DNA from: a virus
DNA length: 64,000 nucleotides
Virus record (IMG/VR): IMGVR_UViG_3300031616_000002
Strand: one strand, 5' to 3'
The position numbers and the translations under genes were made by a program. Position 1 is the first letter of the stretch; the number at the start of each line of letters is the position of its first letter. Shown piece by piece: positions 56,096 through 64,000 of this stretch. The notes under the pieces were generated by a model that did not search any database, was not told the DNA's origin, and saw only the letters and a program-made list of their open reading frames with translations.

Positions 56096-56437
56096 TCAGG
56101 CCTCGGGGTGGCGGTAGGCGAGAAACTCGTCCTCCGTCACCGGCGCCGGTGCGTCGACCCCGACCGTGAAGGTGTTGCCCTTGTGATCGGCGACGGCGAG
56201 GGGCTTCGCGTCGTTGGCGTACTCCGTGGCATTGGCGTAGACGGCCACGCCGAATGCCGAGAAGTCTTCCCACACGTCGCCAGCGATGTCGACCGGGTCG
56301 GTCTCGCTGCCGGTGTAGACGAAGCCGCGCTTCCCGCCGTTGAACGTGACGTGGATGTACGGCCGGTCACTGTTCGGCACCCTGTCGGTCAGCTCTTCGA
56401 TGGTCTCTTCGGTTGTCTCTTCGGTGGTCATGATCAA
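56096..56437 (-). CDS. Acidic hypothetical protein
   Basis: AGGAGG RBS. Confidence 0.55.
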   Translation of the reverse strand: MIMTTEETTEETIEELTDRVPNSDRPYIHVTFNGGKRGFVYTGSETDPVDIAGDVWEDFSAFGVAVYANATEYANDAKPLAVADHKGNTFTVGVDAPAPVTEDEFLAYRHPEA

Positions 56438-56643
56438 GCCTCCTGGTTCGATGCGAGCTGAAGCCGGTCCGCTATGCGGGTGGCGATGTCACGGTGCGTG
56501 TAGACGTTGACCACGCGCGTGCCACCCTTCGGACCGCGCCGCATGACGGCGACCCGGCCGTTTGACCGGGACTCGGTGTAATACTCGATCTCCCTGGCGG
56601 CTGCAACCGCCTTGGCGATCTCGATGATCTCTTGGATCTCCAT
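56434..56643 (-). CDS. Hypothetical protein
   Basis: AGAGAG RBS; coupled. Confidence 0.5.
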   Translation of the reverse strand: MEIQEIIEIAKAVAAAREIEYYTESRSNGRVAVMRRGPKGGTRVVNVYTHRDIATRIADRLQLASNQEA

Positions 56644-56857
56644 GATCTTCTCTCTCTTGAGAAGGGCCCGCGCCCCTGCCTTATGTGGCTAGGCAGGGGC
56701 GCGGTGATCACGCTGGCGGGCCGCTGATTCGCCCCGCACGCTCGCCCGGACGGACCGGTATGGGTGCGGGGCCGCGTAGCTACCGTGTGCATGATCCGTG
56801 CCCGGACCCCCATCACGAAGGGCGAGGGACCGTTGACTGCCGGTCCGGGCTAGTTGA

Positions 56858-57421
56858 TCAGGGATGCGCTCTGTTGAGTCGTTCGTCGCGGTTCCAAATC
56901 GGGAACCAGCGCATGCCGCCCGCGCCTTCCCAGTTGGACTCTCGCGCAGCCGCTCGCGATGCTTGCGCGATCATGGCTTCTCGCGGGTGTTGCACGGTGG
57001 CGCGCCGGGGCGATTGCGTCATGCCGTCGCCGTTTGCGCCGCCACGGGGCCCGTAGCGGCCCTCTTTGCCGTGGCCTGACCTGAGACTGACGTGCGGGCC
57101 GTCGAGCTCGCGAGTGGGAAGGGCGTACTTGATCGTGTCCTGGTGCTGAGTGGTGGTGAGGCTGTAGATCACGTCGGGGACGTGCCAGCGGCCATCCGCT
57201 CCGTGCCACGCGATCGGAGTTGTGTAGCTGTACACGATGTAGTCCGGCGTGTCGGCGACCATCTGAGACCGGAAGGACTCCGGAATGTCGCCGGAGCTGA
57301 GTGCCAGCGCATCCTTGAAAAGGACGCCGAACATGTTCCCGCTGGTGATCTGAAACGGCTTCAGCGCGATCAGCTTTTCGCGAATCGCCATGCTGTCGCC
57401 GAGCTTGACCGTCCTGGCCAT
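56858..57421 (-). CDS. Conserved early phage protein (YSY.TPIAW...YS.TT..HQ)
   Basis: Motif; GAAAGGA RBS. Confidence 0.6.
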   Translation of the reverse strand: MARTVKLGDSMAIREKLIALKPFQITSGNMFGVLFKDALALSSGDIPESFRSQMVADTPDYIVYSYTTPIAWHGADGRWHVPDVIYSLTTTQHQDTIKYALPTRELDGPHVSLRSGHGKEGRYGPRGGANGDGMTQSPRRATVQHPREAMIAQASRAAARESNWEGAGGMRWFPIWNRDERLNRAHP

Positions 57422-57535
57422 GATGTGATCCTTTCCTATCGCGTCTGCCGACTGGGATTGTCGGCTGAGTGCCCGGACCCCCATCACGAAGGGCGAGGGA
57501 CCGTTGACTGCCGGTCCGGGCTAGTTGATCAGGTG

Positions 57536-57760
57536 TTACGTCTCGGGGAATCCAGCCGCAGCGAGGAACTTGTCTCGCTTGAAAGCGTAGGAACCGTGGT
57601 GGTGCGCGGCGAGCGTGGACGCCAGCTCACGAGCCGCGACCTCCAACGCCCAGAGTGCGGCGTCTTTCTTGATCTGCGTCTTGCCGCTGATCTCGACGAC
57701 TCGCCTCGCTTCGGCTATGGCGTCCGCCACTGTCTGATAGTGGGCGTTGTTGAATGCCAT
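57536..57760 (-). CDS. Hypothetical protein
   Basis: GAAAGGA RBS; F.RDKFL.A.G tail. Confidence 0.55.
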   Translation of the reverse strand: MAFNNAHYQTVADAIAEARRVVEISGKTQIKKDAALWALEVAARELASTLAAHHHGSYAFKRDKFLAAAGFPET

Positions 57761-57928
57761 GATTTGATCCTTTCTAGCGGAATCGATGCTCAGATGCGAG
57801 GTGACCGCATCGGCATGTCTCGGGTGGATCGGTGCGAAGTACGAACGGCATCCAATTCCACTGGAACTGGATACAGCCGCACTCGGCGCGATGGTCGCAC
57901 TCATGGGGAGTCAGCCTGGTTGCCATGA

Positions 57929-58525
57929 TCACCTCGCCGCTCGGTGCGGAAGGTCGGCAGTGTCATCGACATGGACTGTCCACGTGACTGCCTGGACTGT
58001 TGACGGCAGCTCTCCGAGCCGCTGCGCCGCTTCCCGGTAGCAATGCGCCAGTAGCGCATAGCGGGGCCCGTCAAGGCCACGCACGCGGTTTCCGTAGATC
58101 TCGCCAATGGCAAGATCGTGCGCATGCCGGTCAATCACTACAGCGTCATCATCGAACGGGTCGACGATGCAGCGGTAGAAGTTGAGTGTCTTCTGACCCG
58201 TCGCCAGCACCTCGGCCGGATCCGCTCCGGCCATGATCTTGGCAACCTTGGCGAGGCGATCGCGCGTGGAGCCAACGGGCTCACGCCGGAAGATCTTCTC
58301 GGCCATGGTTTGGTTGCGGCGCCAGGATGCTTGCGCCGAAAGGGCCGCGATCACTCCTGCACCCGCAACCGGATTACCGTCGGAGATCATGATGGCAAGA
58401 TCGTGTGCGTTGCGGTACCAGGACCGCCCGCGCGCGAGTTGATCTTCACTGGCGCGATTCCACACAGCGATGATCCGCTGCACGTACTCTTCGCGCGTCT
58501 CGGCGTCCGGCCGAATCGGGATCAT
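57929..58525 (-). CDS. Conserved phage protein, possible HhH-glycosylase-related fold
   Basis: G..WY..AH, AGVIAALS....W..N, G.KT.NFY and VVIDRHA...Y...A....E.P..VQA.TW. Confidence 0.55.
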   Translation of the reverse strand: MIPIRPDAETREEYVQRIIAVWNRASEDQLARGRSWYRNAHDLAIMISDGNPVAGAGVIAALSAQASWRRNQTMAEKIFRREPVGSTRDRLAKVAKIMAGADPAEVLATGQKTLNFYRCIVDPFDDDAVVIDRHAHDLAIGEIYGNRVRGLDGPRYALLAHCYREAAQRLGELPSTVQAVTWTVHVDDTADLPHRAAR

Positions 58526-58612
58526 GGTGTGATCCTCTCTCTATGGGATGGAGTGACCATCCATGCGACGGCCGGTCACACTCCGGCCGAAGCAAAGCGG
58601 GTCAGTCGTTGA

Positions 58613-58840
58613 TCAGTTCGTGGCGTAACCGTCAAGCTCCGCCAAGATCATCAGGCCCTCGGTCAAGCTGGTGATCTTCCAGACTTGGATCTCGCCTTGG
58701 CGCTCAGTGATCTGTCGCGCCAACTCTTCCATGGTTGCCGGAAGGTAGCGGCTCATCGCCCGGTCAAGATCGGCCGCCTTGCACTGGTATCCACCGTGCA
58801 GCGCGCTCCGGAGATTGACTGTGTCAATCGGTTGGATCAT
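58613..58840 (-). CDS. Hypothetical protein
   Basis: AGAGAGGA RBS. Confidence 0.5.
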   Translation of the reverse strand: MIQPIDTVNLRSALHGGYQCKAADLDRAMSRYLPATMEELARQITERQGEIQVWKITSLTEGLMILAELDGYATN

Positions 58841-58870
58841 GGTGTGATCCTCTCTCTATGGGATGGAGTG

Positions 58871-58942
58871 GCGACCAGAGGATTTGAACCTCGGCAAGAT
58901 CGTTGCCTACCATGTCAGTCGCTTGACTGGCATCATGATCGC
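58871..58942 (-). ncRNA. 72-nt tRNA-like cloverleaf with non-canonical arms
   Basis: Acceptor GCGATCA/TGGTCGC, arms CAGTC/GACTG and GGCAA/TTGCC, T arm GAGG-TTCAAAT-CCTC. Confidence 0.5.
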
Positions 58943-58978
58943 TTTGGTGCGGGATATCGGGGCGCACCCCCCGGAAGA

Positions 58979-59227
58979 TCAGAGTGCAGCGAGTTGATCA
59001 CTCAACTCGTTGATCAGGTTGTCGGCGAACGGACCTTCCCAGTCATCGGCAAGGATGATCAGCCGACCGACCATGTCGGCGGCGTCGTCGATCTTGACGG
59101 TGTCCCGGAGACTGTAGATCAGCGGGACGGCGGCGGGGTGCGGGTGCTCCCACCGGTTGATCACATCGTTCATGATCTCGCGCAGGGTGCGGACGCGATT
59201 GCGCCACGCATAGGGGCTGACGGTCAT
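58979..59227 (-). CDS. Hypothetical protein
   Basis: GAAAGGA RBS. Confidence 0.5.
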   Translation of the reverse strand: MTVSPYAWRNRVRTLREIMNDVINRWEHPHPAAVPLIYSLRDTVKIDDAADMVGRLIILADDWEGPFADNLINELSDQLAAL

Positions 59228-59304
59228 TGCATGATCCTTTCATCTCTGATGGTCCATGGCAACGGCCGGACCCGCTACCGGGGCCCGTGCCGCACCATGA
59301 TCGA

Positions 59305-59511
59305 TCAGGGAAGGTCGCTTGCGTCCAGTCGCAAATCCCAGTCATTGCCAGGAAGTGTGCGAAGCCAGCGCGCTATGCAATCTCTGGCGAAGTTGCCTGG
59401 AATGCCCTCTGCGGAAGTTCCTTCGGTGGACTCTTCCCAGAATTCGATCAGGTCTCCCGCTTTCTGCATCAAGCGCAGTGCTACGGCTTGCTTCATTTCA
59501 CGTTCGGTCAT
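59305..59511 (-). CDS. Hypothetical protein (cassette)
   Basis: Lies between repeats B1 and B2; stop codon supplied by the repeat. Confidence 0.55.
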   Translation of the reverse strand: MTEREMKQAVALRLMQKAGDLIEFWEESTEGTSAEGIPGNFARDCIARWLRTLPGNDWDLRLDASDLP

Positions 59512-59583
59512 GATCGTTCCTCTCTCTGATGGTCCATGGCAACGGCCGGACCCGCTACCGGGCCCGTGCCGCACCATGATCGA

Positions 59584-59754
59584 TCAGGCGATCTCTCGGC
59601 CTGCCCATTGGTTCAACTTGGCCGTCACGTCCTCGGCCTGATGGGGCAAGGCGTAGGCAGCGATGACGGTTGTGCGCACGGTCTCGCCCGTTGTGCTGTC
59701 CAGTTCACGTCGGACAACGACAACGTCCTCTTGGACCTCATACGTGCTTATCAT
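59584..59754 (-). CDS. Hypothetical protein (cassette)
   Basis: Lies between repeats B2 and B3. Confidence 0.5.
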   Translation of the reverse strand: MISTYEVQEDVVVVRRELDSTTGETVRTTVIAAYALPHQAEDVTAKLNQWAGREIA

Positions 59755-59836
59755 GAGCGCTCCTCTCTCTGATGGTTCATGGCAACGGCCGGACCCGCTA
59801 CCGGGCCCGTGCCGCACCATGATCGATCAGGGAAGA

Positions 59837-60109
59837 TCACTTGATGCCAGCGAGAGTCTTCAGCTCTGCCTTGATCCGTCGCGCGTCCGGGCCGCGCCAC
59901 GTCGTGGCGTTGCTCAGGAAGTACATGATCACCTCGTCGGCAGGGTCCATGCCGTAGCGGTCCGTGATGTCGACGAGCGACTTCATGGCGTTCAGGTACG
60001 GCACGGCGCCGAAGTAGACCGTACTCTCACCCTTGGCGTTGCGCCACGTGGCGGAGATCTCTCCAGCGATCGTGAAGATCGGGCGAGGGGTGGTAACGGT
60101 GTCGGTCAT
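59837..60109 (-). CDS. Conserved early phage protein
   Basis: YFGAVPYL.AM..L....D.YG.D....I.YFLSNA.TWRG..AR.IKAEL. Confidence 0.7.
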   Translation of the reverse strand: MTDTVTTPRPIFTIAGEISATWRNAKGESTVYFGAVPYLNAMKSLVDITDRYGMDPADEVIMYFLSNATTWRGPDARRIKAELKTLAGIK

Positions 60110-60177
60110 GATCGTTCCTCTCTCTGTGTGTCCATGACCACGCACGGCCGGTTTCCCGGTTCGTGCATGATCAGAAG

Positions 60178-60651
60178 TCACGCACCGAGGGTGTTGATCT
60201 TCGGGTCCAAGCGGCAGACCTCGCACGGGTAGGCCTGCCCGATGAGGCAGTCCATCAGGGCGACGTCATACACGCTCCGCTGGAGCGCTTCCCCGTCGGC
60301 CCGTGCTGTGTCCGCATCGGCGTGCCAGCGGTTGTAGTCCAACTCCACCGTGCCGGTTAGGTAGTTCTGCCAGCCGCCGAAGATCATCTCGGGGTGCTTG
60401 ATCGCGTCGGCGTAGTGGTCGGCGATGAATCCGACCAGGGTCGGGAACAAGATCGAGATCTCATCCCGCTTGAGGGTGATCGTCTCGGCGTGGCCAACGG
60501 TGTGACCGTCAGCCGGTTCGAACCCCTTGCGATCAAGGGAGAATCCCCCATGATCATGCAAGGCGCTGTAGAACTGGTGGGCAAGATCGTTGATCTCGAC
60601 CGGGTAGCGCCGGAGCGCTTCGGTGGCGGTCTCGCTGATTGGCTCAAACAT
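60178..60651 (-). CDS. Hypothetical protein
   Basis: HGGFS....G..P..G..VG...FGGW...VELD; AGAGAGGA RBS from repeat C. Confidence 0.6.
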   Translation of the reverse strand: MFEPISETATEALRRYPVEINDLAHQFYSALHDHGGFSLDRKGFEPADGHTVGHAETITLKRDEISILFPTLVGFIADHYADAIKHPEMIFGGWQNYLTGTVELDYNRWHADADTARADGEALQRSVYDVALMDCLIGQAYPCEVCRLDPKINTLGA

Positions 60652-60718
60652 GGGTTGATCCTCTCTGAGTGGCCACGGGGCCGCGCATCCTTGACGGATG
60701 CGCGCCCCCGGTAGCTGA

Positions 60719-60925
60719 TCAGCTGAGACTGGCCGTGGCGACAGTGGTGCGGGTGTCGCCGAGGTAGGGCAGGCCGGACGGGGTGCGACCGTATGTCTCT
60801 GCGACATAGTCGGCGATCACTGCGCCTGCGATCTTGCGCGCTTCAGACTCCGAAGCGGCTTCGGTTTCGATCTCGTACTCTTGCGCCCCGTTGAGACTGG
60901 TCATCTTGACAACATAGGTGCTCAT
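60719..60925 (-). CDS. Hypothetical protein (cassette)
   Basis: Lies between repeats C1 and C2. Confidence 0.5.
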   Translation of the reverse strand: MSTYVVKMTSLNGAQEYEIETEAASESEARKIAGAVIADYVAETYGRTPSGLPYLGDTRTTVATASLS

Positions 60926-60991
60926 GATCATTCCTCTCTGAGTGGCCACGGGGCCGCGCATCCTTGACGGATGCGCGCCCCCGGTAGCTGA

Positions 60992-61258
60992 TCAGCTAGG
61001 GTCGGAGTTGCGAACGAGCGTTGCGGCCGGAACCATGCGCGGCCCGGACCACACAAGTGCGGACGGGTCGAAACCGGTTACGGTGACGTTTGCGACGTCG
61101 AACCATTGGCCGTGAGTCGCGGCCAAGTCGTCGTCACTTTCCGGCAGCCTGACAAGCACTTCCGGATGGTTATCGTAGTTGTCTCGATCGGTCACAACTC
61201 CCGTACCCCGAGGGGTTGTGACCGTTGCGCCGAGACGTGGCATCGTTGCGTCAAACAT
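60992..61258 (-). CDS. Hypothetical SH3-like protein (cassette)
   Basis: LGATV.TP.G.GVV; lies between repeats C2 and C3. Confidence 0.5.
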   Translation of the reverse strand: MFDATMPRLGATVTTPRGTGVVTDRDNYDNHPEVLVRLPESDDDLAATHGQWFDVANVTVTGFDPSALVWSGPRMVPAATLVRNSDPS

Positions 61259-61329
61259 GATCAATTCCTCTCTGAGTGGCCACGGGGCCGCGCATCCTTG
61301 ACGGATACGCGCCCCCGGAAGCTGATCAG

Positions 61330-61530
61330 CTAGGGCAGTTCCCAACCGGTTTCTCCGATCGGGTAACGGATGCGCCGGTTGTACAGCGGAAGTTCCGGCT
61401 CAATATCGCCGATATCTTCCTTGACCATCTGTGCGGCACGTTGTTCGATTATGCCTCGATCGTTGTAGTCGTAGTTTGCGAGCTCGCGCGCGAGACGCTC
61501 CATGATCTCAAGATCTGTTCGGATGCTCAT
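61330..61530 (-). CDS. Hypothetical protein (cassette)
   Basis: Lies between repeats C3 and C4. Confidence 0.5.
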   Translation of the reverse strand: MSIRTDLEIMERLARELANYDYNDRGIIEQRAAQMVKEDIGDIEPELPLYNRRIRYPIGETGWELP

Positions 61531-61596
61531 GATCATTCCTCTCTGAGTGGCCACGGGGCCGCGCATCCTTGACGGATGCGCGCCCCCGGTAGCTGA

Positions 61597-61812
61597 TCAG
61601 CGAGACGACGCGGCCAGCCATGCGGCTGTACCGGTTGGGCCCAGGTCGTGCGCGTTCTGCATCCCGTCCGCGAAACCGTCATTGAACGACGTTACGGACG
61701 TGTCGACGCCGGTCGTGGGCATCGACGTGAAGTGGTTGCCAGCGAGGAATGCGCCGCTGATTACCAGGATTGCGAGGATCACAAGCGCAGCGAGGTTCTT
61801 TCCACCGGCCAT
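61597..61812 (-). CDS. Small membrane/secreted protein
   Basis: Hydrophobic N-terminus; GAAAGGA RBS. Confidence 0.45.
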   Translation of the reverse strand: MAGGKNLAALVILAILVISGAFLAGNHFTSMPTTGVDTSVTSFNDGFADGMQNAHDLGPTGTAAWLAASSR

Positions 61813-61901
61813 GTTGATCATTCCTTTCGGGGTGACTCTGGACTGACTGTCCATGGCCGTGCACAAGCCAATGAGAGTGACTTGTGCACGGCCATGATCG
61901 G

Positions 61902-62258
61902 TCAGACATGGAACATGTGCTGCATTCCGACCGCGACAATGAAGGCGACGATTCCCGCAACGACAAGGGTTACGAACCCCTGCCAAACCTGCTTTGCGGA
62001 CGCTTCAAAGTGAGCCTTGATCGAAACGTCGAGCTCGACGATCTTGGCGTTGAACACGTGCGGGGGGAAGTGCCGGTGGTCGCGCCCAATCTTGGAACTG
62101 CGCGACACGTGCACCAAACCGGGGCTTTCCCCGTTCGGTGCTTCCCGCACGTTCTCGAATCGCCACGCCTGACCCTTGGCGATTCCCGCGCAGCCGTGAA
62201 GGGTAGACCCTTCCGGAATTTCCTGCGCGGTTTCAACGTGAACCAGTTTCGGGCTCAT
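61902..62258 (-). CDS. Hypothetical protein with C-terminal TM segment
   Basis: GAGAGGA RBS; FVTLVVAGIVAFIVAVG. Confidence 0.55.
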   Translation of the reverse strand: MSPKLVHVETAQEIPEGSTLHGCAGIAKGQAWRFENVREAPNGESPGLVHVSRSSKIGRDHRHFPPHVFNAKIVELDVSIKAHFEASAKQVWQGFVTLVVAGIVAFIVAVGMQHMFHV

Positions 62259-62300
62259 GGGTTGATCCTCTCTCGGTTGATCAACAGCGAGATACTGTCG

Positions 62301-62365
62301 TGGCAAGATCAGGATTCGAACCTGCCTGCAAAGGATCTTGCAGCGCTCCCCTGAACGATCTTGCC
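62301..62365 (-). ncRNA. 65-nt tRNA-like element
   Basis: GGCAAGA/TCTTGCC-A acceptor, mini D arm GTTC/GAGC, arm CTGCA/TGCAG, T arm CAGG-TTCGAAT-CCTG. Confidence 0.55.
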
Positions 62366-62477
62366 TCGACTCAAGTCCTGTCACAGTCCGGGCCAGTGAT
62401 CATCCCCCACAAGGGGATATCGATCATGGCGCGTGCTTGAGATCTTGAGTCGGTGTAGCACAAGCGATCTTTCCCGG

Positions 62478-62584
62478 TTCCCAGTGCCGAGCACTGACCT
62501 ACGGGGTGTGTCACCTGCTTTGATCTTGCCGTCCGTTGTGGCGATCTCGGTGCGTTGGATTCCCAGTGCTCAGCACTGACCTAC
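62478..62584. repeat. 25-bp direct repeat with internal palindrome (62478 and 62560)
   Basis: TTCCCAGTGC(CG/TC)AGCACTGACCTAC. Confidence 0.8.
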
Positions 62585-62999
62585 CAACATCAAACACGTG
62601 AGGGGACGCGAGCGGAATTGAAAGCTTGATCATGACCCTATTAAGGCGTGAGGGTTCTGCCCTCCCGCAACGGCGGGGACGATACCCGGTAGGTGCTCCC
62701 GCGCGGTAAGATCAGATGGACCTTGATCCAATGAAGGAGGGGGATCGCGTTACCCCTGCCCGCACGAACTAGTGGATCATGGTTTCCGGCTGATCATCCC
62801 CGATTTCAAGATCATCGGGGGCGGTTGGCCTTGCCATGCCGATCAAGAGGATCTGAAGATCATCCACAAGATCCACTTGAGTGGATCTCTGCGACGTTCG
62901 CGCGGTTCGCGCGGGGCCGGATGATCAATTCCCTTGATCGGTTGGTACACCTTAAGTGTATCGCCGCAGGTGGACCGCGTCTCGATGGATCTCCCCTGA

Positions 63000-63480
63000 G
63001 TATTCATGATCTTTAGGCTGTATGACCATGCAATACATGATCAAACTGGGAGGGCCACATGCCGTTACCATGGTCCAATGCGAGATGGACCATGGATCGT
63101 AGATGACCATGGTATTGGGGAAGGTCATCCATATGGTGGACCATGATTGTCCACATACCGAGATGGACCATGGTATGCATGGTCATCAGCCGTGATCACA
63201 TGCACATACCATGGTGATCATGCGTGTGTACCATGGATCATTGATCATTCACGTACGTAGATGACCATGGATCACATGATCAGTAGCCATGGTCACGTGC
63301 ACATAGCATGATCATTCGTGGCATCATCCATTGATCACATGATCACGTGCGATCCATGATCACGTGGTGCGCACGTGATGATCACGTGATGATGACCATG
63401 GTTGGACCAAGATCAGTGGGACCATGATCAGCGGTGGGACCATGATCAGTAGCGGTGACCATCCGTAGTCATGGCGATCG
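63000..63480. repeat. Non-coding tract dense in TGATCA, CCATGG and CACGTG palindromes
   Basis: About a dozen TGATCA and about nine CCATGG counted by eye. Confidence 0.8.
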
Positions 63481-63576
63481 TGGATAGTATACCGATCTTC
63501 GCATAGATATTCAGATTCTTGATCAACTCTCGTGTATAGTTATGTGGATCTTTGCATGGTTATATTCAAGATCATC

Positions 63577-63808
63577 TGACGGCGTGTCAGTTTTTTGAGA
63601 AGATCAACTTGAATTGCACCGTGCCGCTTTTGATTTCAAGATCATTATATATTTCGTTAACGAAATATATAGTTTTACTATGCTACGTGAACAAATCGTA
63701 GCAGATCAGAGACTTGTAGCTGACGATCCGTCAAAAAATCTTTAATTGGTCTAGACCGAATTACCCCAGAAACACCATTTAAAGTCATGATCACTTGACA
63801 GATCGTCA
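63577..63808. promoter_or_regulatory. AT-rich control region with a 26-bp perfect palindrome and three TGAC-N5-GTCA boxes
   Basis: TATATATTTCGTTAACGAAATATATA at 63646-63671; boxes at 63577, 63721 and 63796. Confidence 0.65.
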
Positions 63809-63867
63809 GATGGAAAATAGTCTGTGTCCCCTACATGCATAAATAATTCTGAAAGGAGGTGGTGGTC

Positions 63868-64000
63868 ATGTCAGAGTCCCCGGAGAAGGCGGATAATTAT
63901 GCACCGCGACCTCTTCCGATGCCGTTCCGCGTGAAGACGGAGAGTAGCGGCGTCGGCAAGGGCGGCAACGGGGGGAAGGTCGGCGGCACGGGCCTGAGGC
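63868..64000 (+). CDS. 5'-partial ORF, possibly first gene of the packaging/structural operon
   Basis: Strong GAAAGGAGGT RBS before ATG; MSESPEKADNYAPRP...; runs off the window. Confidence 0.45.
   Translation, partial: MSESPEKADNYAPRPLPMPFRVKTESSGVGKGGNGGKVGGTGLR

Larger units (their letters stand above)
55471..57522 (-). repeat. Intergenic repeat family A (about 54 bp; 55471, 56798, 57469)
   Basis: GTGCCCGGACCCCCATCACGAAGGGCGAGGGACCGTTGACT(T/G)CCGGTCCGGGCT; terminal GCCCGGACC/GGTCCGGGC inverted repeat. Confidence 0.92.
59243..59831 (-). repeat. Intergenic repeat family B (about 66 bp; 59243, 59523, 59766)
   Basis: TCTCTGATGGT(C/T)CATGGCAACGGCCGGACCCGCTACCGGGCCCGTGCCGCACCATGATCGATCAGG. Confidence 0.93.
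60661..61600 (-). repeat. Intergenic repeat family C (about 62 bp; 60661, 60934, 61268, 61539)
   Basis: CTCTCTGAGTGGCCACGGGGCCGCGCATCCTTGACGGATGCGCGCCCCCGGTAGCTGATCAG; internal hairpin CGCGCATCC/GGATGCGCG. Confidence 0.95.

Noticed and set aside
50572-59641. Long plus-strand ORFs (50572..51876, 57092..57928, 58685..59641)
   Set aside because: Shadows of minus-strand early genes that have RBSs and recognisable motifs
58871-62365. Functional decoding tRNAs at 58871, 62301 and 49491
   Set aside because: No canonical 7-nt anticodon loop or D arm; kept only as tRNA-like elements
62825-63016. 63-aa ORF
   Set aside because: TTG start, no RBS, lies in the GATC-rich non-coding tract

Overview
High-GC actinobacteriophage (or prophage) DNA, probably from a Streptomycetaceae-like host. 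Bases 1-49.5 kb carry a densely packed plus-strand array of mostly small genes (replication/nucleotide accessory functions, a likely iteron origin, then lysis and structural-accessory genes). Bases 49.5-62.4 kb carry a minus-strand early region punctuated by repeated structured intergenic elements, one tRNA-Arg(UCU) and three tRNA-like folds. A non-coding GATC-rich then AT-rich segment at 62.4-63.85 kb precedes a truncated ORF. No terminase, portal, capsid, tape measure or integrase gene is recognisable in the window. The standout is a TIGR-Tas-like RNA-guided system: a 21-unit stem-loop array (each unit a 9-bp stem around CCA-N9-CG-N4-CCA-N9-CG) sits directly upstream of a Nop/IS110-like gene lacking a nuclease domain (TasA-like). 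Five more units of exactly 57 nt are embedded in frame inside that gene, and two more follow it. Also notable: a phage-borne graspetide (ATP-grasp RiPP) precursor/ligase pair coupled to terD, a Thg1-like gene, an Rpf-LysM-NlpC/P60 hydrolase, and repeat-delimited early gene cassettes. All family calls are from motif recognition by eye; no searches were run.
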